Below, piece after piece: positions 1 to 9,111 of a stretch of 64,000 nt of DNA. Where the stretch lies: the NCBI GenBank assembly GCA_964291495.2, contig OZ219867.1, positions 1 through 64,000 on the forward strand, given 5' to 3'. Source of the DNA: Dehalococcoidia bacterium. GTDB lineage: Bacteria; Chloroflexota; Dehalococcoidia; UBA2979. Under the pieces are notes generated by a model. The model was not told the origin of the DNA. It saw only the letters and a list, made by a program, of their open reading frames with translations, and ran no database searches. Made by a program: the position numbers and the translations under genes. Numbering within the stretch: position 1 is the first letter of the stretch; each line of letters begins with the position of its first letter.

Positions 1-828
1 GAGTACGGCAAGGGCGAACGCCTCGCCCTCTACCGCGAGGGCGAACGGAAGCCGCACGCGCACGCGCGCATCACCTCCGTACGCCGCGACGAGCGTCGTC
101 GGTTGGCCGGCGCGGCGGCCACCCTCGATCCGGGCGAGCGCGCCGCCGAGGGCGACCTCGCGCTCTGGGACGTGCCGGCCTGCCGCTTCCGCGGCGATCT
201 GGTGCAGGCCCGGGCCTGCGACGACCTCGCCGGCTGCGCCGCCGTGCTCGCCACGCTCGAGCGCGTCGCCGCGGAGCGGCGCACGGGCCACCTGGTCGGC
301 CTCTTCACCCGCGCCGAGGAGGTCGGCCTGCGCGGCGCCTCGGTCGTCGGGCGCGAGCGGCTGCTCCCGGACGACGCACTGGTGATCGCCGTCGAGACGT
401 CCTCGTTCGCGGGTGGACGTGCGGTGCAGGGCGGCGGGCCGATCATCCGCGTCGGCGACGCGCTGCACATCTTCTCGCCGGCGCTGACGCAGTGGATGAC
501 GGCGCTCGCCCAGGAGCTGGCCGAGGAGCAAGACGGGTTCGGCTGGCAGCGCCGGCTGATGGACGGCGGCGTCACCGAGGCGACGGCCTACGACCTCTAC
601 GGCTACGAGACAGGCGCGGCCTGCATCGCGCTCGGCAACTACCACAACGCCGGGTCGCGTGGCCGCGTGCGCGCGGAGACGGTGCACCTCGGAGACCTCG
701 AGGGCCTCGTGCGGCTGTTCGAGCGGATGCACCGCGAGGCGCCGCGCAGCGGTCGCGCGCTGCCCGCGCTGCTGCGCCGCTACGACCGGCTTGGACGGGA
801 GGCGGCGCCGCTGCTCCGCGGGAGTTGA
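1..828 (+). CDS. M20/M28/M42-type metallopeptidase/hydrolase (5'-partial)
   Basis: Frame open from position 1; metal-ligand motifs ACDDLAGC, RAEEVG, VETS and C-terminal YHN. Confidence 0.75.
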   Translation, partial: EYGKGERLALYREGERKPHAHARITSVRRDERRRLAGAAATLDPGERAAEGDLALWDVPACRFRGDLVQARACDDLAGCAAVLATLERVAAERRTGHLVGLFTRAEEVGLRGASVVGRERLLPDDALVIAVETSSFAGGRAVQGGGPIIRVGDALHIFSPALTQWMTALAQELAEEQDGFGWQRRLMDGGVTEATAYDLYGYETGAACIALGNYHNAGSRGRVRAETVHLGDLEGLVRLFERMHREAPRSGRALPALLRRYDRLGREAAPLLRGS

Positions 829-854
829 GCGCGGCCGCACCGCTCAGCGCCCGC

Positions 855-1439
855 TCAGCGCCCGATCAGCGCCCAGACGGCCTCCTCGGTCTCGTGCTCG
901 ACGTGGCCCTCGCGCATCAGGCGCGTGAGCAGGCGGCTGTCGCACTCTCCGCTGGCTTCGATGTGATCGCGGATCGATTCGCTGCGGCCCGTGTTGCCGA
1001 GGACCACAGCGAGCAGCAACTCCCACTCCAGCGGTGTCGCAAGGACGGTGGCGCCCTCGAAGCCGATCTGCGCGCGGGCGTCCCAGAGCGAGGGGATCTC
1101 GAGCGGAGTGAGCGTGTCGTACGCCCCGTGGAAGGTGGGGTTCGCGTGGACGAAGACCGGCACCTGGCCGCGCTGGAACTGCAGCCTCGAGGCGGCCAGG
1201 AACGCGCCCCGCTCCCACGTCGCTTCCACGCCGAGCATCTCCGCGAGCGTGCGGATCGCGGGGTCGCTGGTGATGAACTCGATGTTGGCGGCGCTGACCG
1301 CGACGCCCTGAAGCTGAACCGCCGCCGCGCCGACGAGGGCCCACGGCTCCGAGTCCGCGGCCTCCTCGATGATGCGCACGAGCGGGCCGAGCACGGCATC
1401 CTGCTCGGCGTCGAGACGAGGGCGTTCTTCTATGGTCAC
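855..1439 (-). CDS. Hypothetical protein, nucleotidyltransferase-like fold (degenerate)
   Basis: 194 aa; WALVGAAAVQLQG...NIEF resembles the GGxA...DxD signature of minimal nucleotidyltransferases; GGAGG RBS upstream. Confidence 0.55.
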   Translation of the reverse strand: MTIEERPRLDAEQDAVLGPLVRIIEEAADSEPWALVGAAAVQLQGVAVSAANIEFITSDPAIRTLAEMLGVEATWERGAFLAASRLQFQRGQVPVFVHANPTFHGAYDTLTPLEIPSLWDARAQIGFEGATVLATPLEWELLLAVVLGNTGRSESIRDHIEASGECDSRLLTRLMREGHVEHETEEAVWALIGR

Positions 1440-1581
1440 CGCGCCTCCGGGTTGGGACGGCGGGAACTATGGAGCGTCATCATAACCAGTCATCGACGCA
1501 GCGTCTGCCGCGACGCCGGATGCGCCTCGGCGTCCTCGCGAGGGCGCACGCGCGCATGGAGTATCATGACGCGGAGGGACG

Positions 1582-2241
1582 ATGCCCAAGCAGGTCACCA
1601 ACGTTGCGGCCGACGACGCACTGACCACGATCTACCGCCTCTCGCACGACGAGCAGGAGGAGGTGATCGCGGCCCGCGTCGCCGAGCGGCTGGACATCAA
1701 GCCGGCCTCGGCAGCGGGCATGCTGACGCGCCTGCGCCGCGACAAGCTCGTGCGCATCGACGGGCGCAAGCGCATCTCGCTGAGCGGCAGCGGCTTTGCG
1801 AGGGCGGAGCAGATGGTGCGGCGTCATCGCCTCGCCGAGTGCCTGCTGGTGGACACGCTCGGCCTCGAGTGGTGGCGCGCCTACGAGGAAGCGCACCTGA
1901 TGGAGCACGCGATCTCGGACGTGACCGAGCCGCTGATCGTCGAGCGCCTCGGCAACCCGATGGTCTCCCCGTTCGGCTATCCGATCCCCGGCTCCAACCA
2001 CGGCCACCCGCTCTCGACGCGACGCCTCTCCGACCTCGAGGCGGGCGACAGCACGACCGTGGATCGTGTCTACGAGGAGGACGAGCAGCTGCTGCGCTTC
2101 TTCGACGAGGAGGGCATCCGCCCCGGCGCGGGCTTCGAGGTGATCGAGGTTGCGCCGTACCGGGGGACGGTGACGATTCAACTGAACGGCCGCCCGCTGG
2201 TCCTCGGCCTGGAGGCGGCGCGGCGGATCTGGGTGCCGTAG
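1582..2241 (+). CDS. DtxR/MntR family metal-dependent transcriptional regulator with C-terminal FeoA domain
   Basis: N-terminal HTH, RRHRLAECLL, EEAHLMEH, SPFGYPIPG, FeoA-like GIRPG; GGAGG RBS. Confidence 0.9.
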   Translation: MPKQVTNVAADDALTTIYRLSHDEQEEVIAARVAERLDIKPASAAGMLTRLRRDKLVRIDGRKRISLSGSGFARAEQMVRRHRLAECLLVDTLGLEWWRAYEEAHLMEHAISDVTEPLIVERLGNPMVSPFGYPIPGSNHGHPLSTRRLSDLEAGDSTTVDRVYEEDEQLLRFFDEEGIRPGAGFEVIEVAPYRGTVTIQLNGRPLVLGLEAARRIWVP

Positions 2242-2269
2242 CAGGCGGCGCGGGAAGAGGAGTAACGAG

Positions 2270-2842
2270 ATGACGCAGGTGCGCGAGCCGGAGGCCAGCC
2301 CGAGGACGATTGCGAACCCTCGCAGCCTCGCCCCCGAGACGCAGATGGCGTTCCAGCTGTTCCACGCGGCCTGGCAGGAGTTCACCTCCCTGGACCCGGT
2401 GACGGTCGACCTCTGCCGCCTCAAGTCGGCGAATCTCAACGACTGCAAGTGGTGAATCCCCGGTCGATCTGCTGCGGCGCAGCAGGAAGGCATGGACGAG
2501 GAGATGGTCGCGAAGGTTCACGACTTCGAGTCGTCGGACCTGCCGGAGGCGACGAAGCTGGCGCTGCGCTTCACGGAGCGCTGGGTGGCCGCGCACGCGC
2601 AGGGCATCGACGGCGAGTTGCTGGAGCAGATGCGCGAGCACTACACGGACGAGCAGATCGTGGAGCTTGGGCTGATCGTCGGCCGCTACGACACAGCGCA
2701 CCGCTTCAACGTCGCCTTCGGCCTTGAGCGTGCGCTCGACGACTACTACAGCTTCGGCGACGCGAGAATCCCGAAGCTGCTCGAGGGCGCCCTCGAGACC
2801 CTGCGCGAGGCGCACCGCGAGCGCCTGGCGCGCGAGGGGTAG
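2270..2842 (+). CDS. Carboxymuconolactone decarboxylase/AhpD-like protein, probable selenoprotein (in-frame UGA at 2453-2455, CKWU)
   Basis: ORFs 2270-2455 and 2492-2842 are in frame and joined by 12 sense codons; read-through gives C-K-W-U-IPGRSAAAQQEGMDEE, matching the AhpD CxxC...R...G.EE pattern. Confidence 0.75.
2469..2485 (+). promoter_or_regulatory. Candidate bacterial SECIS hairpin
   Basis: Perfect 7-bp stem CTGCTGC-GGC-GCAGCAG beginning 14 nt after the in-frame UGA, with G in the apical loop. Confidence 0.55.
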
Positions 2843-2911
2843 CGGCACACCGAACCCGGGCTGCCCCTTTGGCGAGGGCGGCGATCAGCGCCGCGAGGCG
2901 GGACCGTCGCG

Positions 2912-4315
2912 ATGACCATGACGCGTAAGCCCGGGGCGATCGCGACGACGGATCCCAGCGGCGATGGCGTGTCGGGCGCTCAGGCGCCCCCGCCACGGAG
3001 GCCGGGCGGGCGGATCTTCTTCGGCTGGTACATCGTGGGCGCCGGGTTCCTGCTCTCCGCGATCCTCGGCGGGCTGATGTTCCACGCCTTCGGGCAGTAT
3101 GTCGTGGTGCTGGAGGCCGAGTTCGGCTGGAGCCGCACCTCGCTCTCCGCCGCCTTCTCGATCCAGATGATCGAGTCCGGGCTGCTCGGCCCCATCCAGG
3201 GTTGGGCCCTCGACCGGTTCGGTCCGAGGCGGATCATGCTGATCGGGATCACGATCTTCGGCCTCGGCTTCCTGCTGCTCAGCCAGATCAACACCCTCAC
3301 CGAGTTCTACATCGCCTTCGTCGTGATCGCGCTCGGCCTGAGCGCCGGCGCAGGGATGGGGATGATGGTCGCGGTCGTGAACTGGTTCAACCGCAGGCGC
3401 GCGCTGGCGATCGGGATCGCCACCGCGGGCTTCGCCTTCGGTGGTCTCCTGCAGCCGGGGGTCGCGTGGTCGCTTGAGCACGTCGGCTGGCGCGAGACTG
3501 CGATCGCCTCGGGGCTGATCGTGATCGTCGTCGGCCTGCCGCTCGCGGGGCTCATGCGCCACCGTCCCTCACAGTACGGCTACGGCGTCGACGGCGACCC
3601 GCCGCTCCAGCGCCGGGCAGGGGACGGCCGGCTGACCGACTTCGATCCCGGCGAGATCAACTTCACGTTGCAGCAGGCGCTGAGGACACGCGCGTTCTGG
3701 CTGATCTCGGTCGGTCACGCCGCCTCGCTGCTGGTCGTCGGCGCCGTGATGGTGCACTTCGTCTCGCACGTCACGGACAGCCTCGACTACTCGCTGGCCC
3801 AGGCGGCGAACCTGCTGCTGGTGATGACCGTGACGAGCGTGATCGGCATGCTGGGCGGCGGCTACCTCGGCGACCGGCTCCCGATGCGCTACATCCTCAC
3901 GGTGGCGATGCTCGGGCACATGGCGTCGCTGCTCGTGCTGACGCTCTGGATTTCGCTGTGGGGCGCCCTCGCCTTCACCGTGATCCACGGGCTCTCATTC
4001 GGCGTGCGCGGTCCGCTCACGCAGGCGATCCGCGCCGATTACTTCGGCCGCGCCTCGTTCGGCACGGTGATGGGGTTCTCATCGCTGATCATCATCATCG
4101 GGATGGTGCTGGGCCCGATCGTCGCCGGGCTCAGCTACGACCTCACCGGCTCCTACCGCACCGGCTTCATCGGCCTGGCGCTCGTCGCCGGCCTCGGCTC
4201 GCTGCTCTTCCTCGCCTCGACGCGCCCGCCCCCGCCGCCGTCGCAGCGCCGGGGGCCGCTGGCGAGCGCCGCGTTGCGCACCGAGGCGAGCGCCGCCTCA
4301 GCGGGCTACCACTAG
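2912..4315 (+). CDS. MFS transporter (MCT/OFA-like)
   Basis: IFFGWYIV N-terminus, GWALDRFGPRR motif A, about 12 hydrophobic segments. Confidence 0.9.
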   Translation: MTMTRKPGAIATTDPSGDGVSGAQAPPPRRPGGRIFFGWYIVGAGFLLSAILGGLMFHAFGQYVVVLEAEFGWSRTSLSAAFSIQMIESGLLGPIQGWALDRFGPRRIMLIGITIFGLGFLLLSQINTLTEFYIAFVVIALGLSAGAGMGMMVAVVNWFNRRRALAIGIATAGFAFGGLLQPGVAWSLEHVGWRETAIASGLIVIVVGLPLAGLMRHRPSQYGYGVDGDPPLQRRAGDGRLTDFDPGEINFTLQQALRTRAFWLISVGHAASLLVVGAVMVHFVSHVTDSLDYSLAQAANLLLVMTVTSVIGMLGGGYLGDRLPMRYILTVAMLGHMASLLVLTLWISLWGALAFTVIHGLSFGVRGPLTQAIRADYFGRASFGTVMGFSSLIIIIGMVLGPIVAGLSYDLTGSYRTGFIGLALVAGLGSLLFLASTRPPPPPSQRRGPLASAALRTEASAASAGYH

Positions 4316-4348
4316 CGCCGCACCCGGCCGGGGCTCCGGCCGCTCCGG

Positions 4349-5050
4349 CTACACCTCGGCGAGTGAGACGAGCAGGGCCGGCAGCTCCGCCAGTGACTCG
4401 ATGCGATGCGCGCCCTTGGGGAGCGGGTTGCCGTCGCCGAAGCGGTCGACCCAGATCGGCGTGAGGCCGGCGCTGAGGGCGCCCTGCACGTCCGCGATCA
4501 GGCTGTCGCCGACGTGGGCCGTCGTCGCGGCCTCCGCGCCGAGGGCGTCGAGGGCGCCCTCGAAGGCCGCGCCCGCCGGCTTCTTCGTCCCGCCGAAGAC
4601 CGTCACGATCGCGTCGAAGTAGTGGGCGAACCCCATCCGCCGCAGCACGGACTCCGGCCTCGGCCCGTTGGTCAGCACCCCCAGCGCGTAGCCCTCCCGC
4701 AGCTGCTCAAGGGCGGGATGCACGTCGGCGAACGGGACGGCGTCGATCAGCTCGCGGAAGCGGGCCAGCAGCTCGTCGAGCGAGCGCTGGTGGAGGTCGG
4801 GCAGCAGCGTGCGCCAGACGGGGACCGGGTCGACGTCGATCCAGTAGTGCCGGCGCTCGAGGACGCGCCCGTCGCGGCGCACGACGAGCTGCTCGTCGAT
4901 GGCGCGCCAGATGCGGGCATCGAGGTCCGCGCGCAACTCCTCGGGCAGCGTCTCGGGCGCCTCGTCGCGCAAATCGGCGAGGGCGCGCGAGATGCCCGCC
5001 TCCCAGTCGCGCAGCGTCCCGTCGAGGTCGAACAGCACCGTGTCGATCAT
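4349..5050 (-). CDS. HAD-superfamily hydrolase (subfamily IA)
   Basis: FDLDGTL, LTNG, KKP and HVGDS..DV motifs. Confidence 0.9.
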   Translation of the reverse strand: MIDTVLFDLDGTLRDWEAGISRALADLRDEAPETLPEELRADLDARIWRAIDEQLVVRRDGRVLERRHYWIDVDPVPVWRTLLPDLHQRSLDELLARFRELIDAVPFADVHPALEQLREGYALGVLTNGPRPESVLRRMGFAHYFDAIVTVFGGTKKPAGAAFEGALDALGAEAATTAHVGDSLIADVQGALSAGLTPIWVDRFGDGNPLPKGAHRIESLAELPALLVSLAEV

Positions 5051-5087
5051 CGCGAGTCACGATAGCGGGGGAGTGCTGCTCGTGGGG

Positions 5088-6401
5088 CTATCCGGCGGCG
5101 GAGGCGGGCGCCTCGGCAGGTTCGAGGGTGGCCTTCGCCGGGGGCTTGCGCGAGGTGGAGATCAGCGCCGCGCCGAGCGCGAGCAGGAAGGCGAGAGTGA
5201 CGAACGCGCCGCGGTAGTCGCCGACCGAGTCGTAGTAGACCCCGGTGAGAATCGGACCCGTGACCGCGATCGTCACGCTGACCGGGAATCCGGTGCTGCG
5301 CACGGCGCCGATGTGCCGCCGCCCGTAGTACCAGGCCCACACGAAGTCGAACAGCGGGAACATCCCGCCGATCCCGAAGCCGAACACGGCGAAGACCACG
5401 AGCAGCGGGCCGAACGAGGCGTCCGCGGCCGGAATCAGGAACGCCGTCGCGACGCCCATCATCGCCATCGCCAGCACGGTCAGGACGCGCGGCGAGCGGT
5501 GTTGCACGATCCAGGCCCAGAAGAACTTCGAGACCAGCGCGAACGAGCCTTGCACCGCGAAGGCGAACGCCGCCTGCGATCGCGTGTAGCCGACGTCGGT
5601 CATGAACGGGATCACGTGTGAGTACATGATCGCCACCGCCGCGACGGCGAAGGCGAAGCCGAAGACCAGCAGCCACATCGAGCGCGTGCGCATTGCCTCC
5701 CCTCGGGTGTAGGAATTGTCGAAGTCCTGCCGCATCAGCTCCAGTTGCTCAAGCTCCTGAGCGGTCGGCTCCTCGTCGCCGGTCTTGCCGTCGGGGAGCA
5801 TCCCGTAGTCCTCCGGCTGCCTGCGCATCACGAGCGAGGACGGGTACATCAGCACGAGCGTGGCGACGCCGATCACGACCCAGCCGGCTTCCCAACCCGC
5901 GTGATCGACGATTGGCGTGATGGCGAGCGGCGGGATGATCCCGCCGATCGACGTGCCGAGCGAAGCGAGCGCGATCACGCGCCCGCGGTTGACGACGAAC
6001 CACTTGGAGAGCGTGGTGTTGACCACGAACGGGCCGATCATGAAGAGGCCGACCTGCGTGAGTGCGCCGCGCACGAAGATGAACTGCCACAGCTCCTCGA
6101 CCTGCGAGACGCCCACCAGCGCGACTCCGCTGATCGTCGTCCCGATCAGCATGATCGGCCGTGCGCCGTAGCGATCGATCAGCGGGCCGATGAAGATTCC
6201 GCTGATCGCGCCGATGCCGAAGCCGAGCGAGGACGCCAGCACGAACTGTGAGCGGGACCAGCCGAGGTCTTCGGACATCGGCACGAGGAAGACGCCCGTG
6301 ACCTGCGCGGCGAAGCCGATCGTCACGAACTGCCCGACGATCGCGGCCGCGAAGATCCACCAGCCCCAGAAGACGCGGGGGCGTCGCGTCGCCGCCGTCA
6401 G
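5088..6401 (-). CDS. MFS transporter (MCT/OFA-like); start uncertain, possibly CTG at 6401
   Basis: GPLIDRYGAR motif A; the frame extends upstream of the called GTG to a conserved RVFWGWWI segment with no in-frame ATG/GTG before a stop. Confidence 0.85.
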   Translation of the reverse strand: MTAATRRPRVFWGWWIFAAAIVGQFVTIGFAAQVTGVFLVPMSEDLGWSRSQFVLASSLGFGIGAISGIFIGPLIDRYGARPIMLIGTTISGVALVGVSQVEELWQFIFVRGALTQVGLFMIGPFVVNTTLSKWFVVNRGRVIALASLGTSIGGIIPPLAITPIVDHAGWEAGWVVIGVATLVLMYPSSLVMRRQPEDYGMLPDGKTGDEEPTAQELEQLELMRQDFDNSYTRGEAMRTRSMWLLVFGFAFAVAAVAIMYSHVIPFMTDVGYTRSQAAFAFAVQGSFALVSKFFWAWIVQHRSPRVLTVLAMAMMGVATAFLIPAADASFGPLLVVFAVFGFGIGGMFPLFDFVWAWYYGRRHIGAVRSTGFPVSVTIAVTGPILTGVYYDSVGDYRGAFVTLAFLLALGAALISTSRKPPAKATLEPAEAPASAAG

Positions 6402-6446
6402 CGCGGTCCGCCGGTCATGTGCGCTCCCTCACGAGGCAGGACCAGA

Positions 6447-7274
6447 TTAGTCCTCGCCGAGGCCCCAGGCGATGCCGTTGCGCAGCAGCGTGCGGAAGCC
6501 CTCGGTCTCCCACGAGCCGAGCAGGTTGAGCGGCGGCTTGCCGTCCGCCGCGACGTTCTCGTGGACGAGGCGCTGCGTGTTCGTCGTCGGCGTGTGGCAG
6601 TGGCCGAGCGTGGTGTACGCGACGGCGCCCGCGCTGAGCTCGCGTACGAAGGCGATCGCGCGTCGCGTGCTGCCGCCGTTCGGGAGGACCGTGGTGTCTC
6701 GCTCGAAGTAGAAGCCGGTCGGCGCGTTCGGGTCGACCTCGCCCCAGTCGGCGGTGAGCAGCAGCTGGCTGCGCTCCGGCGCCTGCAGCTCGACCATGTA
6801 CGGCTCATCGATCGTCTCGAAGGACTCCGGCAGGCCGCGGGTGAGCGGGTGCTGCGCGTCCTCGAGGTCGACCCGGAACTTGCGGATCGGCGGATGGCTG
6901 AGGAAGAAGCCGCCGAGCGTGTCGTGGTAGGGCATCTTCACCATCTCGCGCTTGGTCGTGTCGGGCCGGCGTACCGCCTTGCCGCCGCTGCTGCCGTGCA
7001 GCGCGAGCCAGCGTCCGCCGGCCTCGAGCCACTGGCGGAGCACCGTGTTGCCCTGCTCGTCCGCGAACGGCCCGGCGACGTAGGTGACGAGCAGGCGGCA
7101 CTCCGGCAGCCACTTCTCGATGTCCGTGTAGTCGCCGGAGACGGTCGTGAGGACGTGGTCGCGCTCCTTGAGTTGCTCGAGGATGCGCAGCCGCGCGTAG
7201 TCGTGATCGTGTCCGGCGGGCCGGCCAGGCGGGAAGCCCCCGGCGATCACGTGCGCGCGAATCGCCTCGTTCAT
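6447..7274 (-). CDS. ThuA-like (class I GATase-like) domain protein
   Basis: GGRWLALHG, GGFFLSHPP, HPLTRGLPESFETIDEPY and YTTLGH motifs; AGGGAG RBS before ATG 7274. Confidence 0.8.
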   Translation of the reverse strand: MNEAIRAHVIAGGFPPGRPAGHDHDYARLRILEQLKERDHVLTTVSGDYTDIEKWLPECRLLVTYVAGPFADEQGNTVLRQWLEAGGRWLALHGSSGGKAVRRPDTTKREMVKMPYHDTLGGFFLSHPPIRKFRVDLEDAQHPLTRGLPESFETIDEPYMVELQAPERSQLLLTADWGEVDPNAPTGFYFERDTTVLPNGGSTRRAIAFVRELSAGAVAYTTLGHCHTPTTNTQRLVHENVAADGKPPLNLLGSWETEGFRTLLRNGIAWGLGED

Positions 7275-7308
7275 CTCGTACTCCCTTCGCCCTCGACGGG
7301 TACCGAGC

Positions 7309-8145
7309 TCAGTCGAGCGGATCGCGATCGCTGCGGTCAAAGGCGTCGAGCAGTTCGCGCACGTCCGCCTCGATAACGTCCCGCCGATCGGTGTGGGTGA
7401 TCACGTAGAACTGGTTCTCGCGGATCGCGCGCAGCACGTGGCGTCCGACAGTGAGCGGGTCGATCGCCTCGGAGCGGGCGAGGCGGTCCGACCAATCGTG
7501 TGCCTCGGGCCCGCCGTGTTCGGCCGGCCGGTTGCGACCGGCTTCCCAGATGCGGGTCTCGACGCCTCCGGGGCAGAGCACCGAGACACCGATGCCGCTC
7601 CCGGCGAGTTCGCCCCGGAGGTTCCGGCTCATGCTCACGACCGCGAACTTCGAGGCGATGTAAGCGCTGATCTCCCACCCATAGCCCGCGATCAGGCCGC
7701 CGATCGAGGCGGTGTTGACCACGTGCGCCTCGCCGCCGCTCGCGTCGACCCGTGCGCGCATGCGCGGCACGAACGCGTTGATCCCGTGCACGACGCCCAG
7801 CACGTTGACGTCCAGGGTCCAGCGCCAGTTGTCGAGGGCTTCCGGCCCGATTGGTGTCGGGCCAATCACGCCGGCGTTGTTGCACAGCACGTCCACGCCG
7901 CCGTGCTCTTCAGAGCAGCGCGCGGCCATCACCTCGACGGCTGCCGGGTCGGTGACGTCGAGGGCCTCCGCGCTCGCCTCGCCACCCGATGCGGCGATCT
8001 CCGCCGTGACCGCCTCGGCGGCCTCGCGCTCGATGTCGGCGACTACGACGCGCATGCCCGCGCCGGCGAGCGCGATTGCGATCCCGCGGCCGATGCCGCT
8101 CCCCCCGCCGGTCACGAGGGCGACCCGGCCGTCCAGCTCACGCAT
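7309..8145 (-). CDS. Short-chain dehydrogenase/reductase (paralog 1)
   Basis: TGGGSGIG, NNAG and YIASK motifs. Confidence 0.92.
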   Translation of the reverse strand: MRELDGRVALVTGGGSGIGRGIAIALAGAGMRVVVADIEREAAEAVTAEIAASGGEASAEALDVTDPAAVEVMAARCSEEHGGVDVLCNNAGVIGPTPIGPEALDNWRWTLDVNVLGVVHGINAFVPRMRARVDASGGEAHVVNTASIGGLIAGYGWEISAYIASKFAVVSMSRNLRGELAGSGIGVSVLCPGGVETRIWEAGRNRPAEHGGPEAHDWSDRLARSEAIDPLTVGRHVLRAIRENQFYVITHTDRRDVIEADVRELLDAFDRSDRDPLD

Positions 8146-8173
8146 CGCGCACCTCCGTCGCCGTTGCCTCCGC

Positions 8174-9001
8174 TCAGTCGAGCGGGTCGCGGTCCGAGCG
8201 ATCGAAGGCGCCGAGCAGCTCTTGCGCGTGCTCCGCGATCTGCTCGCGCCGCTCCGTGTGGGTGATGATGTAGAGCTGGTCCTCGAGGATCGCGCGCAGC
8301 ACGTGGCGGCCGACCACGAGCGGGTCGAGCACGCGGGCCGGGAGGAGCCGGTCCGGCCGCTCGTACGTCTCGGGTCCGCCGCGCTCGGCGGGCCGGTTGC
8401 GCCCCGCCTCCCAGATGCGCGTGTCGACGCCGCCCGGGCAGAGCGCGGAGACGCCGATGCCGCTCCCGGCCAGCTCGCCTCGCAGGTTGCGGCTCATGCT
8501 GACGACCGCGAACTTCGAGGCCCCGTAGGCGCTGTGCGCCCAGCCGTCGCCCGCGCGCAGTCCCGCCATCGAGGCTGTGTTGACGACGTGCCCCTCGCCG
8601 CCGCTCTCGCCGATCTGAGCGAGCATCCGAGGTACGAACGCGTTGATCACGTTCACCACGCCCAGGATGTTCACCTCGATGACCCAGCGCCAGTTGTCGA
8701 GGCTCTCCGGTCCAAGCGGCGTCGGGCCGATCACGCCTGCGTTGTTGCAGAGCACGTCCACGCCGCCGTGCTGTTCGAAGCAGCGCTCGGCCAGCGACTC
8801 GACGGCGGCCGGGTCGGTGACATCGACGCTCTCGGCGGTCGCCCCGGCGCCCAGCTCCGCCGCGACGGCCTCCGCGGCGTCGGGCTCGATGTCGGCGACC
8901 AGGACGCGCATGCCCGCCCCGGCGAGCGCGATCGCGATCCCGCGGCCGATGCCGCTCCCTCCGCCGGTCACGAGGGCGACACGCCCATCCAACTCACGCA
9001 T
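8174..9001 (-). CDS. Short-chain dehydrogenase/reductase (paralog 2)
   Basis: TGGGSGIG, NNAG, YGASK; GGAGG RBS before ATG 9001. Confidence 0.92.
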   Translation of the reverse strand: MRELDGRVALVTGGGSGIGRGIAIALAGAGMRVLVADIEPDAAEAVAAELGAGATAESVDVTDPAAVESLAERCFEQHGGVDVLCNNAGVIGPTPLGPESLDNWRWVIEVNILGVVNVINAFVPRMLAQIGESGGEGHVVNTASMAGLRAGDGWAHSAYGASKFAVVSMSRNLRGELAGSGIGVSALCPGGVDTRIWEAGRNRPAERGGPETYERPDRLLPARVLDPLVVGRHVLRAILEDQLYIITHTERREQIAEHAQELLGAFDRSDRDPLD

Positions 9002-9031
9002 CACACAACCTCCGTGCGTTGACCTCGTGGG

Positions 9032-9045
9032 AGGCACTATACGGG
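9032..9045 (-). promoter_or_regulatory. Duplicated promoter element with -10 box TATAGT upstream of SDR pair 1/2
   Basis: CCCGTATAGTGCCT (minus strand) is identical to 12606-12619; both lie about 30 nt upstream of an SDR start. Confidence 0.6.
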
Positions 9046-9111
9046 CCGCCGCGATCGCGCCACGTGTAGACTCACACGCAGTTAAGCAAACCGCTGAAGG
9101 GTTCTTCGTTC

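Noticed and set aside
1440-1581. Autoregulatory DtxR/MntR operator upstream of the regulator
   Set aside because: No convincing AT-rich palindrome found
492-2273. Long alternative ORFs (e.g. 492-2273, 12688-15198, 16680-20435, 16784-20467, 26424-28325, 44670-47042, 48245-50221)
   Set aside because: Arg/Ala/Gly-rich shadow or antisense frames typical of high-GC DNA that overlap well-supported genes; only the 3' end of 44670-47042 is a real gene
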